From the NCBI RefSeq assembly GCF_036321535.1, contig NC_087465.1, positions 620,001 through 684,000 on the forward strand: DNA of 64,000 nucleotides, written 5' to 3'. Position 1 is the first letter of the stretch. Every line of letters starts with the position of its first letter. The stretch comes from Camelus dromedarius (taxonomy: Eukaryota). The notes under the pieces were generated by a model. That model made no database searches, had not been told where the DNA came from, and saw only the letters and a program-made list of their open reading frames with translations. The translations under genes were made by a program, and so were the position numbers. Below are positions 22,901 through 35,744 of the stretch, piece after piece.

Positions 22901-25900
22901 ATAGGACTTTGGGGTGGGTCAGGCAGGGTTCGGCGTGTTTGATGGCTGTCCCGGTGGAAAGTTCTTTAAACCATCTGATGACGGCGGAGGGGAGAGCTGC
23001 ACTCACGTGAGAATCACTTTGGAGAAGACAATGTCGAGGCCGAGAAAACTGAAACGCTGTTCGAGGACCAGGCAGACGGTGGCACTTTCCCGTGGGCGCA
23101 CCTGGGGTCAGGCAGGCTGGGGTCGGACGCTGCCCCGCTGCGGGTGGGCCTGCTTGAGCCCAGCGGGAGCAGCCTGTGCCTCCCCGCAGAGGACTCAGGG
23201 TGAAGGGGCGCCAGGGCAGAGCTTGGACGATGCAGTGCTGCCCTCTGAGCTGGGGTGTGAGTTATGATCCCAGACGTCGGGCCATTAGCAGTCTCAGTGG
23301 AGAAGACTCCTGCTGGCCCTATTTAAACGTGGCGGGAGGGAAAAGCTGGCGGCGCACGGTGTCCGGCGTGAGCTCCTTGGCCCTGGAGCTGTTGGGGTGC
23401 GCTTGCGGAGGGACCCAGATCGCTGCTCTAACTTGTACACGTGTTATCATCAGTTTTGCTTCCCCATTAACTGCCACACGCCTTGTGGGCGTCTGCGGAC
23501 AGGAACTGGGTTCAGCGAAGGCGGGTGGGAGCCACCTGGATGTGTTCGCTGGGCGTCACGTCTAAAGGTCACAGAGCCCTTGGGGACGGGGTCACAAGGA
23601 CGGCCAGCCTGTCCTTCCCGAAGCAGGCTGACAGGCAGATGGCAGTGACCGTGGAAAGGGCTCCAGGTGGGAGGCGTGTGGTGCGGGGCCGTCCCAGGTA
23701 CGGGTGCATCAGCGGCTCGGCGGCCGGTGGGAGCTGGTTCCGTGGGCGGAGGTTGGAACTTAGGGTGAGGCGGGCCCTGTTCTGGAGGGGCTGCTGCTGC
23801 GGGTGAGCCCAGGCGGCGAAGGTACAGGGTGTGCCTGCCGCCCGCCCTGGGGTCCCCGGGCCGAGCCTTCCCTGGCCAGATGCAGAGCCTGCCCGCCGTG
23901 GTTTCCTCCCCTGTGGGTGGGGGAGGGGCGCCACATCCTCTGGACACGCAGTTCAGGGTCCAGAGACGGGAAAGGGCAGAGGGACCAGCCCTGCACAGTG
24001 GATGCTCCACTGTGGTGCCGGGATTTTAGTGCCTTGTTGACTTTACACGGTTTGAGGTCTGCCTCTCAGTTAGAAATCACGGGCCTGCATTAAAGCCTCT
24101 GTTCCTGGGTCGCGGTGGGGCGAACGGCTGACGAGGACGCGGCTGGTGTGGTTCAGAGAGCTTGTCTCTGCCTGTAGCGTCTCCAGAAAGACTGCGGGAG
24201 CCACTGCACAGACCAGGCGGGCGGCCTCCCCTGAGAGCACGTGGCCCCAGGGCCACAGTGACGGGCTCTCTGTCCGACCCACAGCTCCTGTCACCTCCCT
24301 GCCAGCTGCTCTGCTCGGCAGCTCTCTTTCCCTCCCTCCCATCTCCCTGCCCGCCCTCCAGTCCCTTCCCTGCGGCTCCCACAGCCTGCAGGCAAGTGCA
24401 GGATGGGGGCCCCTCCTCTCACATCACTTGAGCGGGAATCCCAGGCTCTGGGGGAGGGTGCGGCCGCCTCCAGGCACATCTGTCTGTTCCTGCTTATGCT
24501 CGGCTGAACCTGCACGGGACCGAGTCCTTCCAGGTCCTTTTCCCTTCCTAAAAATATATTTTAAAGCATCTCATCCTTTAAGTGAGAGAGGAGAGACAGT
24601 GACAGAGCAGAGGCAGCACCAACAGGCCCACGTGCGGGGCGGAGTGTGGAAGGGGCCAGGCGCTCCGAGAGGCTGCTCCTGGGAGGTGGCTCCTGGGGAC
24701 ACAGGGGTCCCAGCCTGGCGGAGCAAAGGCAGGAGCGGTCCAGGCAAAGCGGGGCCGTCCAGGGGCCTGCGGCAGGGACCAGCTAGTGCTCCGGGGAAGA
24801 ACACAGGCCTGTGGTCAGGCAGGGAGGCTGGGGCTGCCCAGAGCTCGGGAAGCCAGGGCACCGAGTGCTGTCAGGAAACGTGCGCCGACTGCCCGAGTCT
24901 GCGACCCAGTGAGGGTTTCAAAGGTCCCTCTGCAGGGTGTGGGGACGAGGCTGTGGATGGCCGGGGGGCACGGGGGAGCCTTGTAGGGTCAGTGGCCGGG
25001 CAGGGTGAGCCCATGGACGGCAGCAGGGCCAGGGGAGAGGGCACCCCGGGACCCGCAGGGAGAGGAAGCGGGGCGGGTCAGTGCCCGAGGTTGTGGGGGA
25101 GGGAGCGGAAGGGCTCCAGAAGCCCCCATTGTCTTCACTGAGTGCACTGAGTGGGCGGTGGTCCCGCTTCCTGACACAGGAATTCTTGGTGGGGGGGGGC
25201 AGTGGCATCAGGACTGAGGCCGTGTCCGCACTGACACTGAAGTTCCCATCAGCGCCCTGGCGGACGCGCAAGGAGGGCAGGTGGCTGTGGGAGGGGCTCT
25301 CGGAAGGCCAGGCCGAGCTCACACAGGATAGCAGAGCCAGGCCGGACGGCCCGTCCGTGGAGGCTCCACACAGAGGGTGTGAGAGGCCGGCCCGGGGAGG
25401 CTCGTTGAGCCGGGGGAAGCTGGTCTGAACTGCTGCAGGGTCTCCAGGGAGAACCAGGGCAGCCACCAGACGACCCTGCACAGACGCATCATTCCGTTGG
25501 GTGCAGCCTGGGCTGCCCGCCCGCGCTGACCCGCTGGTGCGACTGGGTCCACCAGTCCGGGCATAGTGGGGCTGCAGGTGCCTTGGCTCACCTCCGGGTC
25601 GGGGTCCACAGGAAGGACCTGGAGTCTTGCTGGTGAATGGCCTTCAGCCCCTCTCCCAGGGGAGTTTCTGGGGGCTCCTGGATCACGCTAAGCAAGGTCA
25701 AGTCCACCCTTTGTCCTCTGGCGTCTTTGAACAGGGACCCCCGTCCATGTGGGTTGCACACAGTCTAGCCACAAAGGGACCACCCCCTGCACCGCCTGAG
25801 TCTGGAGCCAGCCATTTCTCTGGAGAACCTGGATCCCACCCAGGAGAATGTGCTCAGGCCTGGGGCCTGGGGCTGTGTGTGCGTGTGGCCACTGGGGCCT

Positions 25901-28239
25901 CTGCTTCTGGCCCCTCAGCGACCTGTGTGCACACGCCTGTGTGTAAATACCTCTGCATGTGACCAGCAGCTCTGTCTGGGGCAGAGCGGGAGTCCCTAAG
26001 GACACGTCCAACTCTCACCACCACCCGGCAAGGTGCAGCCTCCTCCCCCGCCCGCCTGCAGCCACCTGCCCCGAGGACCCAGCCCCACCATCGGTGCTGA
26101 GTTACGTAGCTGCTCGAGCCCGGCTGCACCCACCAAGCGTCCACACGATCCTCCTGAGCCCACGGGAGCCAGCTCGCCCGCCAGGTGCACACACACATTT
26201 CTTTAATCCCACAGACTTTGTTCATTTCTAACTTTTCTTGAATCAGCACCTTTTCCCTTCCAGTACCTTCACTGAGTGTTAGAATTTCTAGTCGACAGTC
26301 TGATACCCTGTGAGTTTCATCTCAGAGTATTTGGCTGCATACGGATAACTAACTGAGGCAAAATTTGAGATTCGTTCGTTGCTGCTTAAAATAATCTGGA
26401 TGCATTTCAGAGCCTGACAAACTGACGTGAGCTGTTCTGGATTGCTGCTCAGGGATTTCATCAAACAGGGTTTGGGAAGAATGAAGCCATGGAGCTAGTT
26501 TTATCTTTGATAAAGTCAGCGGTAGGTAAATGTCTCTGGGCTGAGTGGTCACCACGTTCCGTGTTTGTGTCCACACGTGTGCAAGGCACACGGAGTCGTG
26601 GCATCCTTGTGACACTGGATCTTTGTTTAAAGGAGCTAATGGGAAGGACTTCTGATTCAGAAAGGAGGAAATGCGATTCCCTGCCTGGAGCCTGCAGGGC
26701 GAGGTGACATGTCAGAGTCTTCCCATGTTGGAGCATTATTAACGTTTCCTACGTTGGAAGCAGTGTTCCAGGGAATCCTTTCAACAGTCCTCTTTTCCCG
26801 TTTAGATGCACTAAGTTAGCGTCCTAAAGTCAAGAGTCAGCGGTGGGCTGTTGGTAACTCCCCAGGGAGGCCAGGCCCGGCCTGGGCGGTGACAACGCTG
26901 GTCTGCAGTGCTATGTCCCGGCACGCATCGTTCACCTCGCCGTGGGTCGGCAGTCAGCTCCTTAGGAATTTTAAAAGTTCATACAGTGATTCTCTCTGCA
27001 AAATGCAAGCCCAGAGAAATATGTTTGTCAGAGGGGCCACCCTCTGAAGAGAGTGTTACTGTCTGACGAGTGGCGAGGGCTCCCCTGTCTGTAACGAGGG
27101 TTTATACGCCCACTGCAAGAGGGCTGGTCGGGTGTGAGGTCCAGGCTCTCTTCTCCCGCGGGCGCCGCCCTGAGAAAGGTCCACCCGACACCCAAGGGCG
27201 GATGCTCGCAGGGTGGTGGGGGCTGGCGGAGCACAGAGCAGTGAAGGACGGTTTTCATTTCAAAACGTCCGCAATTAGGCAACTATCGCCTTGACACGGT
27301 GGAAGCCTGGTGACTGTTAACTGTGGGCTGGTTGCTGACAAACGTGCCTTTTGAGGACGGGACGGCTGCGTCGTTCCTGCCATCAGCATCTTGAAAGAAA
27401 ACTTCAAAACCACTTGGGTTTAAGGAAGAGCGACGGCCTCTCCGGAGCTGCTGAGTCGCCTCTTTGTCTCAAGTCGGCATCTTGATAAAGCTGAGCAGGC
27501 TTTCCGAGAGTTTCGTGTTTTTATCTTCTGAGAGATTGGGAGTGCTCTGGGGTGCGCCTGCCAGCCCTGCTCTCGGGGGCTGCACGGAGCTTTGCTCTTG
27601 CTTATCTCCCTGGGAAACGTCAGCTGGATTTCCCTGGGCTCTGGGATCCTTCAATGTCCCCCGGGCACTGGGCGGGGCATCCAGCTCTGCAGCGTCTGCG
27701 GCCCTGCTCTTAATCCCGGGAGGCTGGGGCGCAGCTCCAAGCGCCGTGGCAGCGTTTACGTGGCTCCGGGAAGTTCCTGGATTTGGACCTGGGACAACTC
27801 TGACAGGGCGTCCCCTGACCTCCTCATTCCTCAGCCCCAAGGTGGGCGCGTGGCAGACAGGCCGGATGCAGCTCCGACGGCAGGGCTGGCCGGCTCCCAC
27901 ACGAGGTTTCGGGAACATTTCCTGATGGGCAGACAATCACCTGGCTTCTCTGCACCTCACGGGGGAAGTTAACTCACCTCGCTAGGTTTGCTGCAGAAGC
28001 CCTGGCTTTAGTGAGCGAGGGCTGCTGAATGAGGCGCGTGGCCAGGGCCCTGGGCGCCGCCCGGACAGGAGGCTTCAGGTGTTGAGGGAAGGCTGGCTGC
28101 GGGCTGTTTTAACCTTGATTCCTGCCTGTTTTCTTGTTCTTTTCCAAGCCGGAGTACTTTTGCGTCCTTACTTGGTTCATGGTAATGATGACACTGTTTA
28201 CAAAATACGATTTTTGTTTTATAGAATACTTCCATATGG

Positions 28240-28325
28240 ATTATTCATTTAACCTTTACAGTAATTCTGTAACGTAGGTAACTTTAATCTTATATTATGG
28301 ATTAAAAACCAGATTCACGGCGAAG
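28240..28325 (-). mobile_element. MIR fragment
   Basis: ttattcatttaacctttacagtaattctgtaacgtaggtaact... resembles the antisense MIR core (tcatttaatcctcacaacaaccctatgaggtaggtact...). Highly diverged. Confidence 0.5.
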
Positions 28326-31300
28326 CACAGGTCGGGAGCCTGGAACGTGGCCCGCAGACCTGCAGGGAGGGCTGGCCCAGCGCTCCGGGTCCGGAGGTGG
28401 AGTTGCAGGGGCGCCCTGTCCTGGGCTACTCGGGAGGAGGGCTGAGGTGATGCGCAGAGCCGTGAGCCCTCTCCCGCGGGGGCGGCCCTGGCTTCCCTCC
28501 TCCACACGTGTCACCGCCATTTAAGAGGACCCGGGAGTGGCCTCCGGGTCTGTGTCCTCCCAGGAAGGGGCTCCCCTCAACACCCCGACCCCCTGCCCTG
28601 GGCCCCGAGGCACCCACCTTCCTTTGGGTGGGGGCCCGTCCGGGACTGTCACACCCCTGGGGTCCTGCAGTGAATAACTCCTGGGACAGATCCCCGTGCA
28701 GCAGGGCGGGTTTGGACTCAGGGAGGGTGTAGGACTCCAGGTCCCTCGGAAAGGACCCGGGGGGCTCTCTGGGGCCTGCCCTCCCCTCGCCATGCATGTT
28801 CAGCCCTGGCGCAGTGCGGCTGGTGGGCAGGCAGCGTGGACACTCCAGGTGGAAACGGTTCCGAACTCCCGTCTGGATAGAGCCCGCGACTTACTTCCTC
28901 GTGGGGGCAGGGCCAGCTTAGTGGCCTTGCGATCGCATTTCCTGTGGGTCCTGGTTTCCAAAGGGATCCCTTCCCGATGATGTCAGGGAGGACGTCCGCG
29001 GGAAGCCGGGGGCACGCGCACGCATGCGGCCCACCTGTCTGTCCCAAGAGGCTGTGCTGTTTTGAAGCTTGAAATCCTTGAAGCAAAGCAAAACAAAAAT
29101 CAACCCCCGGTCTCCATCCCGCCAGAAAAAAAGCCAGGAGCGGTTTTCAGAGTCCTTGCACTGCTGGCACGAGGCCCCTCCCAGGGCGGACGCAGCCCGC
29201 CCGGTGTCTTCCAGGACCCTTCCTCCTCCTGGGCGGGGGTGAGGGCCCGCTGGTCACCTTTCCCGGAACAGTGTGCTCCGTGCAGGTGCGGTTTGCACAA
29301 GCTGCTCACCTCCGTCAGCGGAGGGAGATTACAGCCAGGTCCTGCCAAGGGCTGGGCCTGAAATCCACTTGCATAAACCAGTGACGTCCCCAGAGACCAG
29401 AGGGTCATGGCACTGACCTTTCTGAAGCCCAAGAAGAATCACAGGAAGTGGAGGGAGACGGGCCGCGTTCCTCCAGACGCCGTCAGGCCTGTCCGGCCTC
29501 TCGAGCAGTGTGGGCAGCTGCGGCCGGTGATGTGATGGTCCTTATACCAGACAAAAGCAAAACACCTAAAAGCCCAAGCCGCGTGCTCCCGGGAAGGACA
29601 GTCAGAAGTGTGTTGTGCAAACTGAAATGAAGCTTTTTAAAAAAGACACGGATTTGGAAAATTAAATTTCCACATGATTTAATTCTGAGTCACTGCCTGT
29701 GTGGCGGTCCGCTGTGGCACCGGAGTTCAGGAAGGATTACCTGCTGGAAGTTCTCAGATGCCACGTGTGCCTTCGCTTGATTTGTGGTGTGAGACGCACT
29801 CAAGGCAGAGGAGAGACGGGCTCGAGTTCCCCTTTCTCCCGCCCACCCTCGCCCCCAGCCCCCAGGCCACTAGAAGTGAGGGTGGGCTTGCTGACCGTCT
29901 GTCCATGACCCTGTCTGTCCTGTCCTCTCCTCCCCTCCGGCCCCAAGCTCGGGGAGGACAGCCCTGGACATCCAGCTCTTCGTGTGGTGCCTGGCTCACA
30001 GCTGGGGTCCGTCCGGGAAGGAGGGCTGCGATGGGCGGTGTGGACAAGGGGGAGAATGCCCAGTGGTCCCTGAAGGAACAGGTCCAGGTCACGAGACCAA
30101 CGCGCAGTGGGGCAGGGAGGCGGGGTCCCAGGGCAGGATGGCAGGTGAGGGGACACTTGGGTGTTATGTCATGGATCGTGGACTTTTCCCGAAGGTTCCA
30201 GGCACTGTGGGCACAGTTCAGTCTCACAGTGGTTGCTCCCAGGTCAGCGTGGAGCCAGGACACCTGGCGGAGACTGACATGGCAGGTGATGGGCACTGAC
30301 CAGGGCACGTGGTGCAAAGGGGCAGAAACCAAGGGGAGGAAGGAAGCGGAGGGGCCACAGGTCGGCTGGGTCAGCAGAGGTGTCCTGCGACGAGGTGACC
30401 CGGGCACAGGCTCGAGAGAGGAGGTGGGTGCTGGCAGTCCACGGGGCTGGGGTCCAGGAGGAGCGCGTCCGAGGTGAGGGGTCAGGGGAGTTGTGAGTTT
30501 CCGGACGCACTCGAGGTGCCTGGGGCAGAGGACTCCGGTGATGCGGGGCACGTCCGGAGGGGGAGGGACAGGTGTCTGGGGAGAGAAGGGTGGGGGCCGC
30601 CCGGGATGGGCCGTGGACCCGAGGACGGCCGAGGCTGCTTCCGGCTCTGGAAGCTGGGGTTTGCTCTTAGACAGAGAAGCTCCCTGGCAGTTCGAGCCTG
30701 GAGCTGAGTGCCAGGAAGGAACCTGTTGGTTTTGTGCAAGTTACGTCACACTGACCGTGTCCCCCTCCTTTCTAAGGGGGGCATTACAGTGGGATCGACT
30801 TGCAGATGCAGTGAGAAAAATGCAGGCCTGGCGCCGGGGAGGACACCTGGTGCGTGGGGAGGCTCCGCGAGCCCTCCAGGTTTCACTGTGAGGGGCTGTT
30901 TCCCGGGCGGGGGCCTGAGATGGCCCGGCGGGGCGGAGAGGCAGGCTGGGCAGGTCGTGGCCAGGTGCCTGGGGGCCTGGGCACCTCTTCTGCAGGGATG
31001 TGAGGAGAGGGAGGTGGGGTCAGGTGCTGCGCCTCCAGGCCTGCCCTGGCCCCTGCACGCACCCTGTGACGGGAGCGCGGGGGCTGGATGTGCAGGTGTG
31101 TGCACCTGCGGGGGCGTGTGAGGGAGGCGAGGCCGTGAGGACAAGGGGGAGCGCAAAGCCACTGAGTTTCACTTGTATCCCGACCCCTCTGCTTCCCTCC
31201 GACTCCGGGGAGGTGGTCCGTCTGCCTCAATGAGATCGTGACCCCTGGGGCACCCCCGTCGGGCGGGTGGCCTGGGGCCATGCGTCAACACGGGTGTTCA

Positions 31301-31795
31301 CGGCGGGGTCGGCCGTCCCTCATCCTCCCTCCATCAGAGTTGGCGTGTCCACCACATGTGTGATTCAGAAAGCAAAACCCTTGCTCTGTAAACAGCCTGA
31401 CGCGGGGCACGTTTACACAGAGGCTCTGCTCTTGTACTTGAACTGCTTTCCTTCCGTCGCGGGCTCGTGCGCTGCTGCGTCCGCTGCCACGTTTAGAAAG
31501 TGCTTTCAAGTTGGCGATACCCTTGCGATAGCCGAGGTGCCTTGAGACGGTCCTCTTCCAAGTGTTCGTAGGGGGCGGTGGCTGCTTCTCAGGGTGACTG
31601 CAAGGAGGGAGGCCGCGGGAGCTGCAGCCCCCAGGACGCCCCACAGCTAACCCCGCCTGTCCCTTCCTCTCCTGTCCCCACTGGGATGCCCGATCGTCTT
31701 GACTCTAAGTTCATTTCCTGCCATTTTCAACTTCCTCCATTTCTTGCTAGTTTCAGGTGATCAACAGCAGATCCAAAATTCATCTCAGGAGTGCC

Positions 31796-31816
31796 AAAAA
31801 AAAAAAAAAAAAAAAA
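31796..31816 (+). repeat. A21 homopolymer
   Basis: An uninterrupted run of 21 A with no recognisable retroelement body upstream. Confidence 0.9.
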
Positions 31817-34249
31817 GACCTGAGTGCTCACTGGCCTGTTCATCTCAGGCTTTCCTCAGCAAAAATGCGCGCACAGGGTACAATCCCAGCGCCAGCCCCG
31901 TCTGACTCCTTCAGAACTCAGGATTCACTGAAAAGCTTAAAGTCATATAAAAAGGGTGCATGTGGGAAGGGCCTGCTCAGCGTGGACGTTTCTGCAGGCC
32001 AGGGGGTCTCCCCAAGAGCACGGGGTCCTTGGAGGCAGCGGGGGCGCCTGGCCAAGCTACCCCGCCGCGTCGCGAGTGAGTCCTTTGTGCCCGCGCCTGC
32101 AGGCGCAGGGCCTGGACGCTGACCCTGAGGAGCAGGCGCGGTGACCCCGGCCGCTGCTCTTCCGCCGAGTGTTTATCCGGGTGCGAGCGTGCTGGGCGCA
32201 CGGTTACGTCTGTGAAGTACCAGACTGTGGGGCCTGAGGTGTGGAGGACAACTTTCTTTGTCCCTGGGGAGGCCCATCTTGTGACGACTGCTCCACCTGA
32301 AGAGAAGGGCTCTCTCCCCCTTCTCTCCCCCCGTAGCCTGAGGGGGAGGCGGGGGGCTGCAGGCGGGACCCCGGAGCCAGGCAGCAGGTGGCCTGCCCTC
32401 TGCTGACAGGTGTTATCTGCTCCCGTGTCACGGACGGCAGGTGTCCTCCCTCCTGCTCAGATACTGCAATCCAAATATTTCTTTTAAGGAAAACCTTCAA
32501 AGCCAAGCAGATCTGTTTCTGTCAGCATCTGAAGGCCAGTCCCCTGTGCTGTTTGTCACGGGCTTAGTTACGCAGCGTCAGATGTGCCCGCCCTGCACCT
32601 TGCAACATGCCGCACAGTCACTCAATTTGCTCTGGCTCAGACCTTCTCCCGGCTCCATAGTGTCTGAACTCAGCAAAGTAAAGGGACCCCGAGTCCAGCC
32701 CTGTGACTCGGCACATGCGGCGCCAGGAGGCGTGAGCCTGCGTGTGTGCGGGTGCTCGTGTGCACGTGGGCCTGCGTGTGCCTGTCCGCTCGCCGCCTCT
32801 CAGACGGTGCTGGATGGGGTCGGAGAATGTTTACTTTGAGTTCATGGGGGGATCAGGGCAAGAAAGGGGACAGGTGTCTACACTGGCTGCAGCTGGAGTG
32901 ACCCTTGCTGTCCGAGGAGGGAGCAGGTCGCCCCCTGGCATCCTTCCCTAGAGCCGTTGGCTCTGCAGCAGGCTGGTGCCGGGAGGGACGTGGTTGCCGC
33001 CTGTCCCAGAGTGGTCCCGTGGGAGCTCTCGGCAAGGCCACCAGGTTCTAGGAGACGCCGTGGACGCGCTCCCCACCAGAGTGGGAGCCGGGGGAGGGGC
33101 CAGAGGCGGCCTTGCTGAGGGCTGGCGCACAGCCAGCTCAGGTGCGAAGGCTGCCCCAGGAAGCATTTGATGGAGAATTGATTACGTGATGATTATAAAA
33201 GTCTTTTAGTGACTCAAGTTATCAGCAAAATTTTATCATCTGGACTGTTTGCACGTTCCAAAATATGTTTGCAGGAACAAAGCAGCTTCTTAAAGAGCTG
33301 AGGGTTGGAGCCAAATTACTAAATGGGAAAAATGCTTGGGAATTTTGGAAGACCAGCCAGAAAGCTGTCCTGGAACAAGCGAGTCTGTAAACCTCCTTTG
33401 ATCAGAAAGAGGTAGATGTCCAGGGATCCCAGCAGCAAATTCTCCGTTTTGAAGTAACTTGTGGCCTCCTTACCTGCTTCTAAAACGCATCCAAAGACAG
33501 GAAACAGTGTCCTCCAGCAAGGCGAGAGGGTCAGAAGGGCTTTCGAGACACGCACGGGTAAGAAGCCCCACTGAAATCAAAGCATCCAGCGAATAATGAA
33601 ACGACCAATGTTTGAATTCTGCTTTAAGGTTTAAAATTCTTTAACATGCAAAGAGATTTGGGTCCAAAAGCCAGTATTAAATGAGGGGTCAGCATCCTTT
33701 CCTCTTCTTGTACCAATTTTGTGCTTGTTGTTTTGATTGTAAAAGCGACACAGACTATTGCAAGTTTAGGAAGCGAAGCATGAAAATGAGTTCCAGTTCA
33801 CGTCACGACTTTGAGAGTTTGGACCGTGTTCACCCCTGGGGCGTTTACTCTGGTCACACACACGCTTCATCCGTGGCTGTCTCACGTCTGCCTGTGACAG
33901 AGCGTGAATGAGTGTGTGTGCTGAGTACGGACCGGGAGTCATGCTTCCTGCACAACCCTGGCCAAGTGTCCCGCGTCCCTGGGCACCATTCGTGGGTGGG
34001 GTGGGTGGCGGGGAGGCAGAGTCTGCGCCCCACGTCCTGTGTCCCCATGCGGGGGCGGTGGCCGTGGAGGCGCCTGGTGCGGACGCACACGAGGGGTGCA
34101 GCCCAAGCGCTGGACGGTGTCAGCTCCGGGCTGGGGTCTGGACGCTGCACCGTGCCCGCCATGTCGCAGGTGTGCGGTTTACACTTCGTTCTGCAAACCC
34201 TCTCTGATTCTGATATTTTTCACTTAAACAAGCGATGCATTCACACCTC

Positions 34250-34440
34250 TGTTTTCTTTACTGACCCAGAATGGATTCTTGGCCGTGAAATCGTTGCATC
34301 AAAATGTACGACCCTGTAACGGCTCCGTGTTTTTATAAACGAAACCTTTTCCAGGAAGCTCCTCTTTGGCGACACCCATCTCCCGACGCTGCGATGGCAA
34401 CTGTGTGCTCGTGACCCTCGCCCCCAAAAACCTTACATCT
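34250..34440 (-). mobile_element. Old L1 (L1M-type) fragment
   Basis: ggattcttggccgtgaaatcgttgcatcaaaatgta...ccctcgcc resembles antisense L1M 3' sequence (ggattcctagaagtggaattgctgggtcaaagggta...ccctcgccaaca). Confidence 0.45.
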
Positions 34441-35744
34441 CAAAGTCATGTTTAGTACGAATTCTAGGGAAACGGGGTGCAAAATGATGCACAACTGAGC
34501 ACTGAATCCTGGAGTTACGGCATCTCCTCTTTCTCTCGTCAGGAATCTCTCCCTCCTCTTCCGGGTCCTCAGACGTGCTGCTTTCCTTCCTCGTGGATGA
34601 GGAGGGGTGGCACTTAACTGCGCAGCAGTGCGGGCCGGGGGCATCCGCAGACGGGCCTGAGGCCGCGGGGGTTCCAGCGCCCAGCGTCTCCAGGCGGCTC
34701 TCGGGTGCTGACAGCCTCTTACTCTGTCCGCGGCGAGGGCGCGGAATCCTTCTGGGCTCACAGGCTGTCACCTCCTCCCGCTGGAGGGGGCTCCTGTCTG
34801 TGCCGAGAGCCCTGCCCCGGGCCGCTGACCCCCAAGGCCTGGCCGCTCCCGTTGCTCCTGCAGAGTCTGCCCCAGCCGAGGCCCTGCTTCCGTCCCCGCC
34901 AGCCTGTTCCTTCACCTTCACCCCCCTCACGTTTCTAAAGGCTTGTTGCACTTGGGGGCCCTCAGATGTGCTCAGGGGAGAAGAAGCAAAAGGGGGTTCA
35001 GGTGCACAAGCTGACCTTTGAACAGAGAAGGGCGGTCTGGCCCGGCCGAGCCGCACGAGTGGGCAGCCTTGTCACTCTGACCTCGAGGGACAGGGACCTC
35101 TGACTTCTCTGAGAGGGTCTGGTTGTGCGCCCGCGCTGTCCCGCGTGCGGGCCACAGGTCACACAGCTGCAGACACTTGAAGTGACCAGGGAACTGGGGG
35201 TCGTCAGCTTGACTTCACCTTCAGGAGCACAGATGTAAGCAGCCCCGCACTGGTGCCCACGGTGCAGCGGGCTCTAGACCCCCATCCAGGAGGACTTAGG
35301 CCGATGAGAGTGTGGACACCTGCTCCTTCCCCTCCTCACCTGCCGTCTCCCTCTGCCCACGTCAGCTGCCACAGATGCGGAGCCAGGAGGAGATGTCCCT
35401 GTCCCAGGCCCCAGACCGCAGCTCCACCCCCAGGTCCTGCCCTCCCCTCCCTCCCCCTCCCTCCCCCGTCCCGTCTCCTTCCCTCCCTCCCTCCTTTTCC
35501 TTGAGAAGGCACCGCTCACTGGGTACTAGGTGAGATGCAGAGATACAACCACAGATAAAATGAACATCACCCGCTGACAGCAGAACAAATAAATGCTTAA
35601 TAACATTATTCAATTCACCATTATTAATTAAGAATGAGGATAATAAATCAATATTGAGTAATAATAATAAATACAAAGTGGTTGATATTGACAATAAATA
35701 AATAACATGCCAAACGTTGGTTTTTAAAAAGTAATTATTCTTTT

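Noticed and set aside
24146-25141. Longest ORF (331 aa) and other long ORFs such as 29701-30477, 51226-52044, 61451-62272 and 62559-63515
   Set aside because: They are rich in Pro/Gly/Arg/Ala/Ser, several start at non-ATG codons, overlapping frames are open on both strands, and no domain is recognisable. This is expected in GC-rich non-coding DNA.
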